This document shows positions 1 through 9,663 of a stretch of 64,000 nucleotides of DNA, in pieces. The number at the start of each line of letters is the position of its first letter. The first letter of the stretch is position 1. The notes below the pieces were generated by a model, which searched no databases, was not told where the DNA came from, and worked only from the letters and a program-made list of their open reading frames with translations. The position numbers and the translations under genes are program-made. The stretch is from a virus (taxonomy: Duplodnaviria > Caudoviricetes), in the IMG/VR virus record IMGVR_UViG_2838247499_000001, positions 10,120-74,119 of that record; one strand, given 5' to 3'.

Positions 1-925
1 AGGGCTTGACCTTGTCGGGACCGGTCTTGCCGATCCAGAAGCTGTCGACATCGAAGCCAGCAGCAACAGTGGTCCCATCGTTCCAGACCCCGAAGCCACC
101 GGCCAGGCCGTTGGAGTTCAGCCGCACCGTGTAGAGCGTCTTGGCCACGCCCACATCGTCCACCGCGGCCTGGACATCCAACTGCACCTGGGCGATGTCG
201 TCATTCACCCTGGCTTCGAGCTGGGTCATGTCCGTCGCCAGGGCGCTGTCCGCCGACACCCGGGCCGTCTGCTCGTTCAGGATCGCCGCGGCGTTGTTGC
301 TGCCAGCCACCGCCACCAGGTTCACCTGGTCGACGAGAGCTCCATCGGCAGCCTGGCGCTGCGCCACCTCGTTGGCCACCAGCGTCTTGTAGGTGTCCAG
401 GTCCCCCTGGGTCGCTTCGAGCAGCTCTTGTAGCGCCTGCAAGGCCGCAGCACGGGCTGCCGTCTCGTTGGAGAGATCCGCACCCAGCGTCGTGATGCTG
501 TCGATCTTCTCCTTCAGGGCCAGCGCCAGCGCGCTGTCGTCGATCTGCCCCGTCAGCTCCTCGATGATCTGAGAAACCAGCGGCTGGGCCATGGCTGAGG
601 CCGGCCCGATCGGATCGCCAGCGAAGCCGGTGTTCTTGGACACCAGCTTGATCCAGTAGTAGTACAGCTGGCTCGTGTTGCGCTTGTCGAAGTAGTTGTC
701 CCCGCCTGCGCGGGCAACCAGCAGCGCCTGGTTGAAGTCGGCATTGATGCCGCGGTAGATCTCGACGTAGGCCACCGCCTGGGGATTGATCCCGGGCATG
801 GTCCAGCTCAGCTCGATGCCACCCCAAGCGGTGGTGGCAGTCAGCACTACGTTGTTGTCCGGATCTCCCGGCAGGGGACCGGCCCAACCGCCCGTCCCGC
901 AGGTATCACCACTACAGGTCGTCAT
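1..925 (-). CDS. Tail / host-specificity protein (central tail fiber J-like), truncated at window edge
   Basis: Read manually: ATG at 925, MTTCSGDTCGTGGWAGPLPGDPDNNVVLTATTAWGGIELSWTMPGINPQAVAYVEIYRG..., open to position 1; FN3-like N-terminus followed by coiled-coil, as in N4-like tail proteins. Confidence 0.7.
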   Translation of the reverse strand, partial: MTTCSGDTCGTGGWAGPLPGDPDNNVVLTATTAWGGIELSWTMPGINPQAVAYVEIYRGINADFNQALLVARAGGDNYFDKRNTSQLYYYWIKLVSKNTGFAGDPIGPASAMAQPLVSQIIEELTGQIDDSALALALKEKIDSITTLGADLSNETAARAAALQALQELLEATQGDLDTYKTLVANEVAQRQAADGALVDQVNLVAVAGSNNAAAILNEQTARVSADSALATDMTQLEARVNDDIAQVQLDVQAAVDDVGVAKTLYTVRLNSNGLAGGFGVWNDGTTVAAGFDVDSFWIGKTGPDKVKP

Positions 926-1015
926 CCCATCCCCTTGAATCTTGAATTCTTCAGGAGGCTCCGCCTCTGTAATGGATTCTGAGTATCCCCAAACCCCTCA
1001 CTGAGAAAGAAACCC

Positions 1016-1789
1016 TTGAAAGCACAGTATCTGAACCATTATCTCACCGACCAGGATGTGGCGAATTTCGCCCGTCAGTCGTTCGCCAAGCTGGCCGAGA
1101 ATTTCACCCCGGAGCAGAACCACAACCTGATTCGATTCCTGGCCCGTGGCATGCAGTCCGGTGACTGGGAGAAACTCATCGACGAGCTGCAGGAACAGGC
1201 TCAGGGTTTCAACCACAACCAGCAAGCGGCCGACGCCAGGCGGCAGTCCTTGAAAGACCTGGCGGTCTACCTGCGCAAGATTCCCGAGCACTGGGTTCCC
1301 TTCGGTCACCCCCACATCAGCCTGCGTATGCAGGCGCCGATTCCCATCCGGGTGCAGTGCTTCAAGCACAAGATCGGTTTCGTGGAATCCGAGGAGAGCC
1401 GGCGCTACATCTCCAGCCGGCCAGAGGTGTTCATGCTCCCGTACTTCCGCGCCAAGGCGGCGAACGTGAAGCAGGGCAGCGGCGACATGCACCCGAACTC
1501 GGACTTCTGGCTCGACGAGTACGCCATGTCGACCCGCAAGGCGGTGCAGCTCTACGAGGACATGATCCTGGCCGGCGTCTGCCCCGAACAGGCGAGATTC
1601 GTCCTGCCCCAGGGCTGCGAGGTCAACTGGGTTTGGACTGGCTCGCTGTACGCCTACGCCAACGCCTACAACCAGCGCAGCGATTCCCATGCGCAACGTG
1701 AAATCCAAGACCTTTTCAAGCAGATCGACGAAATCATCGCGCCGCTGTACCCGGTTTCCTGGGCAGCCCTCACACGCGGGGAATACTGA
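1016..1789 (+). CDS. thyX: Flavin-dependent thymidylate synthase
   Basis: HWVPFGH, KHKIGFVESEESRRY, GVCPEQARFVLPQ and HAQREI motifs. Confidence 0.9.
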   Translation: MKAQYLNHYLTDQDVANFARQSFAKLAENFTPEQNHNLIRFLARGMQSGDWEKLIDELQEQAQGFNHNQQAADARRQSLKDLAVYLRKIPEHWVPFGHPHISLRMQAPIPIRVQCFKHKIGFVESEESRRYISSRPEVFMLPYFRAKAANVKQGSGDMHPNSDFWLDEYAMSTRKAVQLYEDMILAGVCPEQARFVLPQGCEVNWVWTGSLYAYANAYNQRSDSHAQREIQDLFKQIDEIIAPLYPVSWAALTRGEY

Positions 1790-1872
1790 AATCCCAGTAG
1801 TACTGCAGTAGTACTACACTCTGTCCCCCATTTGATTCTCAGCAGCCCTCCGGGCTGCCTGATGAATCTGTC

Positions 1873-1914
1873 AGCTGACGCTCATTCCATCTCCTGGGAG
1901 CGTCGGCTTTTTTT
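1873..1914 (+). terminator. Rho-independent terminator upstream of nrdJ
   Basis: agctgacgctc / gagcgtcggct stem followed by a T7 run. Confidence 0.65.
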
Positions 1915-1958
1915 GTCCCCAGGAGAGCTGAAACCCCCGAGACGAAACCAGCCCCCAA

Positions 1959-3890
1959 ATGCCCACTCCCCACCTCCCCACTCCGCTGCAGGAGTATGTC
2001 CACAAAAGCCGCTACGCCCGTTGGCGTGACGCCGAACAGCGCCGGGAAACCTGGCCGGAGACGGTGCAGCGGTACGTGGACTACTTCGGCAGCAAGTTTC
2101 CCCACTACCCCATCGGCGAGATCTACCAGGCCATCCTGAACCTGGAAGCCATGCCCAGCATGCGCGCGCTGATGACCGCCGGCCCGGCGCTCGAACGCGA
2201 CCCGATGGCCGGCTTCAACTGCAGCTTCGTGGCCGTGGACGACGTCCGCGCCTTCGACGAGATCCTCTACATCCTGATGTGCGGCACCGGTGTCGGCTTC
2301 AGCGTGGAGCGCCAGTTCATCGCCAAGCTGCCCGTCGTGGGCGCCGGCGTGAAGCTGGGTGCCGACAACAAGGTCGTGGTCGACGTCGCCGAGCAGCTGA
2401 CCCCCATCGACCACACGATCGTCGTGCGCGACTCCAAGGGCGGCTGGGCCAGTGCGCTCAAGGAGCTCCTGGCTCACCTGTACGCCGGCCGGATTCCCAA
2501 GTGGGACACGAGCCGCATCCGCCCCGCGGGCGCGAAGCTGAAGGTCTTCGGTGGCCGGGCCTCCGGTCCTCAGCCCCTGATCGACCTGTTCGTCTTCTGC
2601 GTCGAAACCTTCAAAGCAGCGGTGGGACGCCGCCTGACCTCGGTCGAGTGCCATGACCTGGTCTGCAAGATCGCTGACATCGTCGTCGTGGGCGGCGTGC
2701 GCCGCAGTGCGCTCATCTCCCTGAGCAACCTGTCGGACGACCGCATGCGCGTGGCCAAGTCCGGCCAGTGGTGGGCCACCGATCCCCATCGCCAGCTGGC
2801 GAACAACTCGGCGGTCTACACCGAGCGCCCCCAGGCCGAGATCTTCATGAAGGAGTGGCTCGCCCTCATCGAGTCCAAGGCCGGCGAGCGTGGCATCTTC
2901 AACCGCAACGCGGCCATGAAGAAGGCACCGGCACGCCGTGACGCCAGCAAGATCGTGGGCACGAACCCGTGCGCCGAGATCAGCCTGCGCTCCATGGGCC
3001 TGTGCAACCTCACCGAGGTGGTGATCCGCGCCGGCGACAGCCTGGAGCAGCTCAAGGAGAAGGTCCGCATCGCGGTGATCATGGGCACCTACCAGTCCAT
3101 GCTCACCAACTTCCGCTACGTCCGTGAGGGCTGGAAGCGGAACCAGGAGGAAGAACGCCTCCTGGGCGTGTCGATGACCGGGATCATGGACCACTATGTC
3201 CTGAGCCATGTGACCCCCACGGCCGTGGCCTGGCTCGAAACGCTGCGCAAGCACGCTGTCGAGGTCAACGCCGAGTGGGCTGCCAAGCTGGGCATCAACC
3301 AGGCGGTGGCCGTCACCACGGTCAAGCCCTCGGGCACGGTGAGCCAGCTGGTCGACGCAGCCAGCGGCAAGCACGAGCGCTACAGCGAGTTCTACATCCG
3401 CACCGTCCGCGGTGACAACAAGGACCCGCTGACCCAGCTGATGATCCAGCAGGGCTTCCCTCACGAGCCGGCCATCGGCAAGGAGGAGAGCACCACGGTC
3501 TTCAGCTTCCCGGTCAAGGCGCCGGAGCACGCCGTGTTCCGCAACGACCGCAAGGCCGTCGAGCAGCTCGAGCACTACCTCATGTTCCAGCGCCACTGGA
3601 GCGAGCACAACGTGTCCAACACGATCTACGTGAAGGACCACGAGTGGCTGGAGGTCGGTGCCTGGGTCTACAAGCACTTCGACGAGCTGGCCGGCGTGAG
3701 CTTCCTGCCTCACAGCGACCACTCCTACAAGCAAGCACCGTACACCGAGTGCTCGCGTGAGGAGTACGAGGCTCTGCTGGCTCGCATGCCCAGCTTCAAC
3801 TGGGACGAGCTGGCGCTGTTCGAAGCGTCGGACGCCACGGTCAACACCAAGGAGCTGGCCTGCTCCGCTGGTGTCTGCGAAATCCTCTGA
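1959..3890 (+). CDS. nrdJ: Class II (B12-dependent) ribonucleotide reductase
   Basis: FNCSF, GTNPCAEI, CNLTE, TTVKPSGTVSQL, C-terminal CSAGVCEI; no small subunit gene nearby. Confidence 0.92.
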   Translation: MPTPHLPTPLQEYVHKSRYARWRDAEQRRETWPETVQRYVDYFGSKFPHYPIGEIYQAILNLEAMPSMRALMTAGPALERDPMAGFNCSFVAVDDVRAFDEILYILMCGTGVGFSVERQFIAKLPVVGAGVKLGADNKVVVDVAEQLTPIDHTIVVRDSKGGWASALKELLAHLYAGRIPKWDTSRIRPAGAKLKVFGGRASGPQPLIDLFVFCVETFKAAVGRRLTSVECHDLVCKIADIVVVGGVRRSALISLSNLSDDRMRVAKSGQWWATDPHRQLANNSAVYTERPQAEIFMKEWLALIESKAGERGIFNRNAAMKKAPARRDASKIVGTNPCAEISLRSMGLCNLTEVVIRAGDSLEQLKEKVRIAVIMGTYQSMLTNFRYVREGWKRNQEEERLLGVSMTGIMDHYVLSHVTPTAVAWLETLRKHAVEVNAEWAAKLGINQAVAVTTVKPSGTVSQLVDAASGKHERYSEFYIRTVRGDNKDPLTQLMIQQGFPHEPAIGKEESTTVFSFPVKAPEHAVFRNDRKAVEQLEHYLMFQRHWSEHNVSNTIYVKDHEWLEVGAWVYKHFDELAGVSFLPHSDHSYKQAPYTECSREEYEALLARMPSFNWDELALFEASDATVNTKELACSAGVCEIL

Positions 3891-4009
3891 CCTGTCATCG
3901 GACAGAGGTGGAGAGGCCCCTCCGGGGGCTTCTCCGGCCAAACAAGCGCGCGGGATTCAGCCCTGACTCTCAAAAGAACAAACGGCGGGGCATCAACACC
4001 ACTCAGTAG

Positions 4010-4372
4010 ATGTTCATGAACCAGCAATGCAAGTCCATCGGCTGCAACACGCAGCTGCCCAAGGGAGGCCCCGACTTCTGCATCACGTGCAGAGAAGGGT
4101 TCAGGCTCCCGAGGGACCCACAGAGCGAGGAGTCTGTGGATGCGATGGCAGAGAAGTACCCCGACCAGTTCCAACCCGTAGGAGAAGCCAAAGAGCTTGA
4201 CGTCTTCGCGGTTCATCACATGTTCCGCATGAACGATCCCTCCGGGTGCCTTCACCACTGCAGCAGATTGCTGCTGATGTCCGGCGCTCAGCCGGACCCC
4301 GACGACATCGAGCAAGCCAGAGACGCACTCACGCGCTGGCTCGAGCTCAACGCCCCTTCAACCTATCTCTGA
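4010..4372 (+). CDS. Hypothetical protein (N-terminal Cys cluster)
   Basis: ORF filling the gap between nrdJ and the nuclease gene. Confidence 0.55.
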   Translation: MFMNQQCKSIGCNTQLPKGGPDFCITCREGFRLPRDPQSEESVDAMAEKYPDQFQPVGEAKELDVFAVHHMFRMNDPSGCLHHCSRLLLMSGAQPDPDDIEQARDALTRWLELNAPSTYL

Positions 4373-4381
4373 GAGAGCCGC

Positions 4382-5401
4382 ATGGCAGCACAGTACGCCA
4401 ATGTCTCCGAGGTCCCGCTGGCTTTGGCCGTGTTCCTGGCCAGCGACTACTACGACCACAACGACGACCCCTTCACGATCAGCGCCACCACGCTGCTCAA
4501 GCCGCTGCGCCAGGTCATCCTGCCCAGCCGCATCCCCGCAGGCGAAGGCCTGCCGGACCTGGCCAGCATGTTCAAGAACCGCATCGGCGCCGCGCTGCAT
4601 GACGGCATCGAGCGCAGCTGGAAGGAGAACCACCAGGCCGCGATGAAGGCCCTGGGCTATCCCCAGCGCGTCATCGACCGCATCCGGATCAATCCGAACA
4701 AGCACGACCTCGAGCTTGCTGCGGCACAGGGCCTGGACATCATTCCGGTGTACCTGGAGCAGCGACTCACGCGCAAGCTGGGCAAGTGGACGATCACCGG
4801 CAAGTTCGACTTCATCGGCGAGGGCAAGGTGCAGGACTTCAAGAGCACCAGCACCTTCACCTACAAGCACCAGGTCAACGCCGCGAAGTACACGCAGCAG
4901 GGCAGCGTCTACCGCTGGCTCGACCCCGAGATCATCACCTCGGACGAGATGGAGATCCACTACCTGTTCACCGACTGGAAGGCCAGCATGGTGCGCAGCG
5001 ATCCCAACTACCCGCCCAAGGCGTTCCACCGCCAGGTATTCCCGCTGCTGGGCCTGGGTGAAACCGAGGCCTTCATCCGCCGCAAGATCGAAGCCATCGA
5101 GGCGTACTGGGACGCTCCCGAGGAGGAGATCCCGGCCTGCGACGACGAGGAGCTGTGGCGCAGCGACCCGGTGTTCAAGTACTACAAGAACGCCGAGAAC
5201 GCCAATCTCCCGGGCAAGCGCAGCACCAAGAACTTCGACACCCGCCAAGAGGCGGTGTTCTACATGAACAACGAAGGCAAGGGCCAGGGCGCCATCAAGG
5301 AAGTGCCTGGCTCCGTCATGGCCTGCAAGTACTGCCCCGCATTCCTGGCCTGCACCCAGAAGGACGCCCTGATCGCATCGGGCGACCTGTTGATGGGCTG
5401 A
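4382..5401 (+). CDS. PD-(D/E)XK Cas4-like exonuclease (N4 gp42-like)
   Basis: ITGKFDFI...VQDFK nuclease motif, C...CKYCPAFLAC cluster, position before primase. Confidence 0.85.
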   Translation: MAAQYANVSEVPLALAVFLASDYYDHNDDPFTISATTLLKPLRQVILPSRIPAGEGLPDLASMFKNRIGAALHDGIERSWKENHQAAMKALGYPQRVIDRIRINPNKHDLELAAAQGLDIIPVYLEQRLTRKLGKWTITGKFDFIGEGKVQDFKSTSTFTYKHQVNAAKYTQQGSVYRWLDPEIITSDEMEIHYLFTDWKASMVRSDPNYPPKAFHRQVFPLLGLGETEAFIRRKIEAIEAYWDAPEEEIPACDDEELWRSDPVFKYYKNAENANLPGKRSTKNFDTRQEAVFYMNNEGKGQGAIKEVPGSVMACKYCPAFLACTQKDALIASGDLLMG

Positions 5402-5444
5402 AGCCAGATCACCTCCAACACCTCCCACCACTCCAAGGAGCTCC

Positions 5445-7583
5445 ATGAAATCCTTCGACGACATGGCGTATCACCCGACCTCGGAAAAGCTCGTGCAGAT
5501 CCTGCTCGATCGCTCCCAGGCCGGTGAGCCGCTGTTCTTCCGCATCCTCATCGGCTACTACTTCAGCATGGCCGCGGCACAGATGCGCTGCACCATCGAC
5601 TCGCCCCAGCATGGCGAGATCCCGGTCAACATGTACGCGCTCAACCTGGCGCCCTCGGGCTTCGGCAAGACGATGTCGTGCAACCTGCTGGAAAGCGAAG
5701 TGCTGGGCCAGTTCCGCACCCGCTTCCTGGAGGAGACGTTCGGCCTGCTGGCCGAGCAGAACCTGCCGAAGATCTCGCTCAAGCGAGCCAACCGCAAGGG
5801 CACGGATCCCGACGAGGAGCTCGTGCGCGTGCAGAAGGAGTTCGACTCCAGCGGCCCGATGCTGTTCAGCTTCGACTCCGGCACCAGCCCTGCTGTGAAG
5901 CAGATGCGCCACAAGCTGCTGATGGCCTGCGCCGGCTCCATGAACCTCATCATGGACGAGGTGGGTGCCAACCTGGCGGCCAACACCGAGGTGTTCGACA
6001 CCTTCATCGAGCTGTACGACCGCGGCATCATCAAGTCCAAGCTGATCAAGGAGTCGGCCGACAACAAGCGCAGCGAGGAGATCCTCGGCCAGACGCCCGC
6101 CAACCTACTGATGTTCGGCGTGCCGAACCGACTGCTGGACGGTGCCAAGACCGAGGAGCAGCTGATGCAGATGCTCGAGATGGGCTACGCCCGTCGCTGC
6201 TTCTTCGGCTACGTGCGTGGCTCCACCAAGCCGCAGCTCACGGCCGAGCAGATGTTCCTGGCTCGAACCAACAAGGCCAACGACCAGGTCATCGAGGAGC
6301 TGGCCGACCGGCTGGACAACCTCTCCGACCTGATCAACGCCAACAAGAAGCTCGTGCTCAGCAAGGAGAACTGCATTCTCCTGAACGAGTACCAGCTCGA
6401 CTGCGAGGCGCGGGCATCCAAGATGCCTGAGCACCAGGAGGTGCAGAAGTCCGAGATGAGTAACCGCTTCTTCAAGGTGCTCAAGCTGGCCGGCGCCTAC
6501 GCCTTCATCGACGATCTCCCCGAGATCACGCAGGACCACCTGTACGCTGCGATGAAGCTGGCCGAGGACAGCGGCAAGGCCTTCGAGATGCTGCTCAGCC
6601 GTGACAAGCCCTGGGTGAAGCTGGCCAAGTACATCGGCAGCGTCGGCCAGGACATCACGCAGGCGGACCTCGCCGAGGACCTGCCGTTCTACAAGGGCGG
6701 CACCAGCGCCAAGTCAGAGATGCTGACCCAGGCCACCGCGTGGGGCTACAAGAACAACATCATCATCAAGAAGTCGTTCTCTGACGGCATCGAGTTCCTC
6801 CGGGGCGAGACGCTGAAGGTGACCGACCTGGCGAAGATGGTGGTGAGCTACTCCACCGACATCGTCACCGACTACCAGAACGAGCTCGCACCGTTCGACC
6901 AGCTGCACAAGCTGACGCAGGCGCAAGGCCTGCACTGGGTGGCTCACCACCTGACCGGTGGCTACCGCAACGAGGAGAACGCCATGCCTGGCTTCAACCT
7001 CGCGGTGCTGGACGTCGACGGCGGCGTCAACATGTCGACGGTCAAGCTGCTGCTCAAGGACCACAAGTTCTTGATCTACACGACCAAGCGACACACCGAT
7101 GACGAACACCGGTTCCGCATCATCCTGCCCATGAGCCATGAGCTCAAGCTGGATGCCAAGGACTACAAGGAGTTCATGACCAACATCGCCCAGTGGCTGC
7201 CGTTCCCGGTGGACACCGCGGCGATGCAGCGTGCGCGCAAGTGGCTGTCCCACGACGGCCACTACGAGTACAACGACGGCGTGCTGCTCGACGTTCTGCC
7301 CTTCATCCCGAAGACCAGCAAGAACGAGGAGCGTAAGCAGCTGCTGGACTCGCAGCAATCCATGGACAACCTGGAGCGCTGGGTCATCAACAACATCGGT
7401 GACGGCAACCGCAACAACATGCTGCTGCGCTACGCCATGATCCTGATGGACGCCGGCTTTGACTTCGAAGGCATCCGCGTGCGGGTGCTGGGCTTGAACG
7501 ACAAGATCGTCGACAAGCTCGAGGAAGCCGAGGTCATGGGCACCATCATGGTGACCGTGGCCCGGCAGCTGGCCAAGCGCTGA
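5445..7583 (+). CDS. DNA primase (N4 gp43-like)
   Basis: APSGFGKT P-loop, LDVD, HRFRIILP, C-terminal GNRNNMLLRY (PriCT-like); N4 synteny. Confidence 0.88.
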   Translation: MKSFDDMAYHPTSEKLVQILLDRSQAGEPLFFRILIGYYFSMAAAQMRCTIDSPQHGEIPVNMYALNLAPSGFGKTMSCNLLESEVLGQFRTRFLEETFGLLAEQNLPKISLKRANRKGTDPDEELVRVQKEFDSSGPMLFSFDSGTSPAVKQMRHKLLMACAGSMNLIMDEVGANLAANTEVFDTFIELYDRGIIKSKLIKESADNKRSEEILGQTPANLLMFGVPNRLLDGAKTEEQLMQMLEMGYARRCFFGYVRGSTKPQLTAEQMFLARTNKANDQVIEELADRLDNLSDLINANKKLVLSKENCILLNEYQLDCEARASKMPEHQEVQKSEMSNRFFKVLKLAGAYAFIDDLPEITQDHLYAAMKLAEDSGKAFEMLLSRDKPWVKLAKYIGSVGQDITQADLAEDLPFYKGGTSAKSEMLTQATAWGYKNNIIIKKSFSDGIEFLRGETLKVTDLAKMVVSYSTDIVTDYQNELAPFDQLHKLTQAQGLHWVAHHLTGGYRNEENAMPGFNLAVLDVDGGVNMSTVKLLLKDHKFLIYTTKRHTDDEHRFRIILPMSHELKLDAKDYKEFMTNIAQWLPFPVDTAAMQRARKWLSHDGHYEYNDGVLLDVLPFIPKTSKNEERKQLLDSQQSMDNLERWVINNIGDGNRNNMLLRYAMILMDAGFDFEGIRVRVLGLNDKIVDKLEEAEVMGTIMVTVARQLAKR

Positions 7584-7594
7584 AGGGGGACGAC

Positions 7595-7951
7595 ATGGGA
7601 TTCAACACCACCATCGTCGTCTGCAACGACGCGCTCGGCTCCATCGAGCGGGACCCGCACTTCGGGCGCAGCCTGAGCATCGGCATCAGTGAGCTCTTTG
7701 GAGCTCGCCGCGAGGGCCGTACCACAGTGGACATCCCCTCGGGTGGCCACTGCAACGCAGCCATGGTCGTGGAGACGCATCACGCGGACAACACGGCCCT
7801 GATCACCGTTGGCGGCAACCTGGGCATCAAGCACCTGGAAACCTACGGCTGGTCCCACCACGAGCCCGGCATGCAGGCCCGCCTCCTCGCGGAGTGGGCC
7901 GACCGGCTCGGCTTCAAGCTCGTGGCCAAGACCAAGAAGGACAAGCGATGA
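7595..7951 (+). CDS. Hypothetical protein
   Basis: ORF with G-rich RBS and typical codon use. Confidence 0.65.
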   Translation: MGFNTTIVVCNDALGSIERDPHFGRSLSIGISELFGARREGRTTVDIPSGGHCNAAMVVETHHADNTALITVGGNLGIKHLETYGWSHHEPGMQARLLAEWADRLGFKLVAKTKKDKR

Positions 7952-8163
7952 CCGACAGCGACATCATCGCCCGGCTGACCAGCCGCAAGTTCATCGTCGT
8001 CGTCCTGAGCATGGTGGTCAACGCCGTGCTCAGGGTCACCGACGTCATCGACAACGACGTCTACCGGCAGCTGTCGATCGCACTGGTCGGCGGATACCTG
8101 ATGGCCAACGTGGCCCAGAAGGTCGTCGCCAAGGACTCCACCTCGGGAGAGGCCAAGTCCTGA
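7948..8163 (+). CDS. Small two-TM membrane protein (holin-like)
   Basis: ATGA overlap; MTDSDIIARLTSRKFIVVVLSM..., two hydrophobic segments. Confidence 0.6.
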   Translation: MTDSDIIARLTSRKFIVVVLSMVVNAVLRVTDVIDNDVYRQLSIALVGGYLMANVAQKVVAKDSTSGEAKS

Positions 8164-8184
8164 CCCGCCACAGCATCACCAACC

Positions 8185-8209
8185 ACGGGGACCTTCGGGT
8201 CCCCGTTTT
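8185..8209 (+). terminator. Rho-independent terminator
   Basis: acggggacc-ttcg-ggtccccgt followed by T run. Confidence 0.75.
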
Positions 8210-8222
8210 CATTCCACCTCCC

Positions 8223-8774
8223 ATGAATCACACCACCGAGAGCGACCCCAGCGGCCGCAATCCGCACGAGCCCGGCGCCAAGCTGGACAACGGCAAGACC
8301 TTGGCCTGGCTGTTCCATTCCGGCTTCGCTCGTGCCCTAGAGCACGTGGCCGAGATCACCACCGTGGGTGCACGCAAGTACACCCCTGGTGGCTGGGCCG
8401 AAGTGCCCAACGGCGTCGAACGCTACATGGAGGCCTTCGGGCGCCACCAGTTCGACCTGGCCAAGGGCATCGTCTTCGACGACGGCCCCAACGGCACCGG
8501 CAAGCGCCACAAGGGCCAGATGATCTGGAACCTGCTGGCTTCGCTGGAGCTCGAGCTGCGCGCCGAGGAAGACGCCGCGAGGGCCAAGGAGATCCAGGCC
8601 ACGCTCGCCGGCGCCATGCACATCCGCGGCCCGATCACCGACCAGCTGGCGCGTGATCCGTTGCCCGCCCGTGCCCGTGACTGGCTCACGGCGCAGGCTA
8701 CCCAAGAGGCCGGGATGCTCCCCAAGCACCAGGCCGTCGAGCGGCTGCTGTCCACGGTCGACACCGGCTCCTGA
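8223..8774 (+). CDS. dATP/dGTP diphosphohydrolase-domain protein (DUF5664-like)
   Basis: GAKLDNGK...GARKY..GGW...RY.EAF.RH...H...WN pattern; start at ATG 8223. Confidence 0.75.
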   Translation: MNHTTESDPSGRNPHEPGAKLDNGKTLAWLFHSGFARALEHVAEITTVGARKYTPGGWAEVPNGVERYMEAFGRHQFDLAKGIVFDDGPNGTGKRHKGQMIWNLLASLELELRAEEDAARAKEIQATLAGAMHIRGPITDQLARDPLPARARDWLTAQATQEAGMLPKHQAVERLLSTVDTGS

Positions 8775-8869
8775 GCGAGCAGTAGAGCAGGCGGCCTCCG
8801 GCCGCTCTCACGAACAACCAAGGAAGCGCCCCTCGCGGGCGCTTTCCTCATTCCAAACCACAAGGAACC

Positions 8870-9598
8870 ATGACCCAACAAGTCAACGACAACCTCGTGC
8901 TGGTCGTCGGCAAGTCCGCGACTGGCAAGTCCGCCTCCCTGATGGGGCTGACCAATCCGGAGGGCGTGATGTACCTGAACTGCGAGGCCGGCAAGAAGCT
9001 GCCGTTCCGCAGCAAGTTCAAGCAGTACGTCATCACCGACCCGCTGCAGGTCAACGAGGCTATGCAAGTGGCCGAGACGAAGCCGGAGATCCACACGATC
9101 GTGACCGACACGCTCACGTACCTGATGGACATGTACGAGAGCCTGTACGTGCTCGGCGCCGCGGACGGTCAGAAGGCCTGGGGCGCATTCGCCCAGTACT
9201 TCAAGACCCTGATGCAGCAGGACGTCGCCCGTTCCACCAAAAACGTGGTGTTCCTGGCCCACACCGCCGACCAGCTCAACGCCGGCGAGATGGTGATGGA
9301 GACGAAGGTCCCCATCAAGGGCGCCACCAAGAACAACGGCGTCGAGAGCTACTTCAGCCAGGTCATCGCGGCCAAGAAGAAGACGCTCAAGGAGCTGGAG
9401 GCCTACAAGTCTCCGCTGCTGACGATCACGCCGGAAGAAGAAGCGCTGGGCTTCAAGCACGTGTTCCAGACGCGCATCACCAAGGAAACGGTGAACGAGC
9501 GCATCCGCAGCCCCCTGGGCATGTGGGACACGAAGGAGACGTTCATCGACAACAACCTGCAGCTGGTCTTCGACCGCCTGCGCGAGTACTACGCCTGA
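8870..9598 (+). CDS. AAA ATPase (N4 gp44 / Sak4-like)
   Basis: GKSATGKS Walker A, IVTDT, FLAH; synteny. Confidence 0.85.
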   Translation: MTQQVNDNLVLVVGKSATGKSASLMGLTNPEGVMYLNCEAGKKLPFRSKFKQYVITDPLQVNEAMQVAETKPEIHTIVTDTLTYLMDMYESLYVLGAADGQKAWGAFAQYFKTLMQQDVARSTKNVVFLAHTADQLNAGEMVMETKVPIKGATKNNGVESYFSQVIAAKKKTLKELEAYKSPLLTITPEEEALGFKHVFQTRITKETVNERIRSPLGMWDTKETFIDNNLQLVFDRLREYYA

Positions 9599-9663
9599 CG
9601 AGCGCAGCACTCCCCCAAGCATTTCCCCCGTCACACCACACCTCAACTTCACAAGGAAACAAC

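Noticed and set aside
1790-1958. Cobalamin riboswitch
   Set aside because: No recognisable B12-box consensus and the region is short
3910-3935. vRNAP triloop hairpin
   Set aside because: Pairs better as an 11-bp stem with a UCCG tetraloop, i.e. an RNA hairpin after nrdJ
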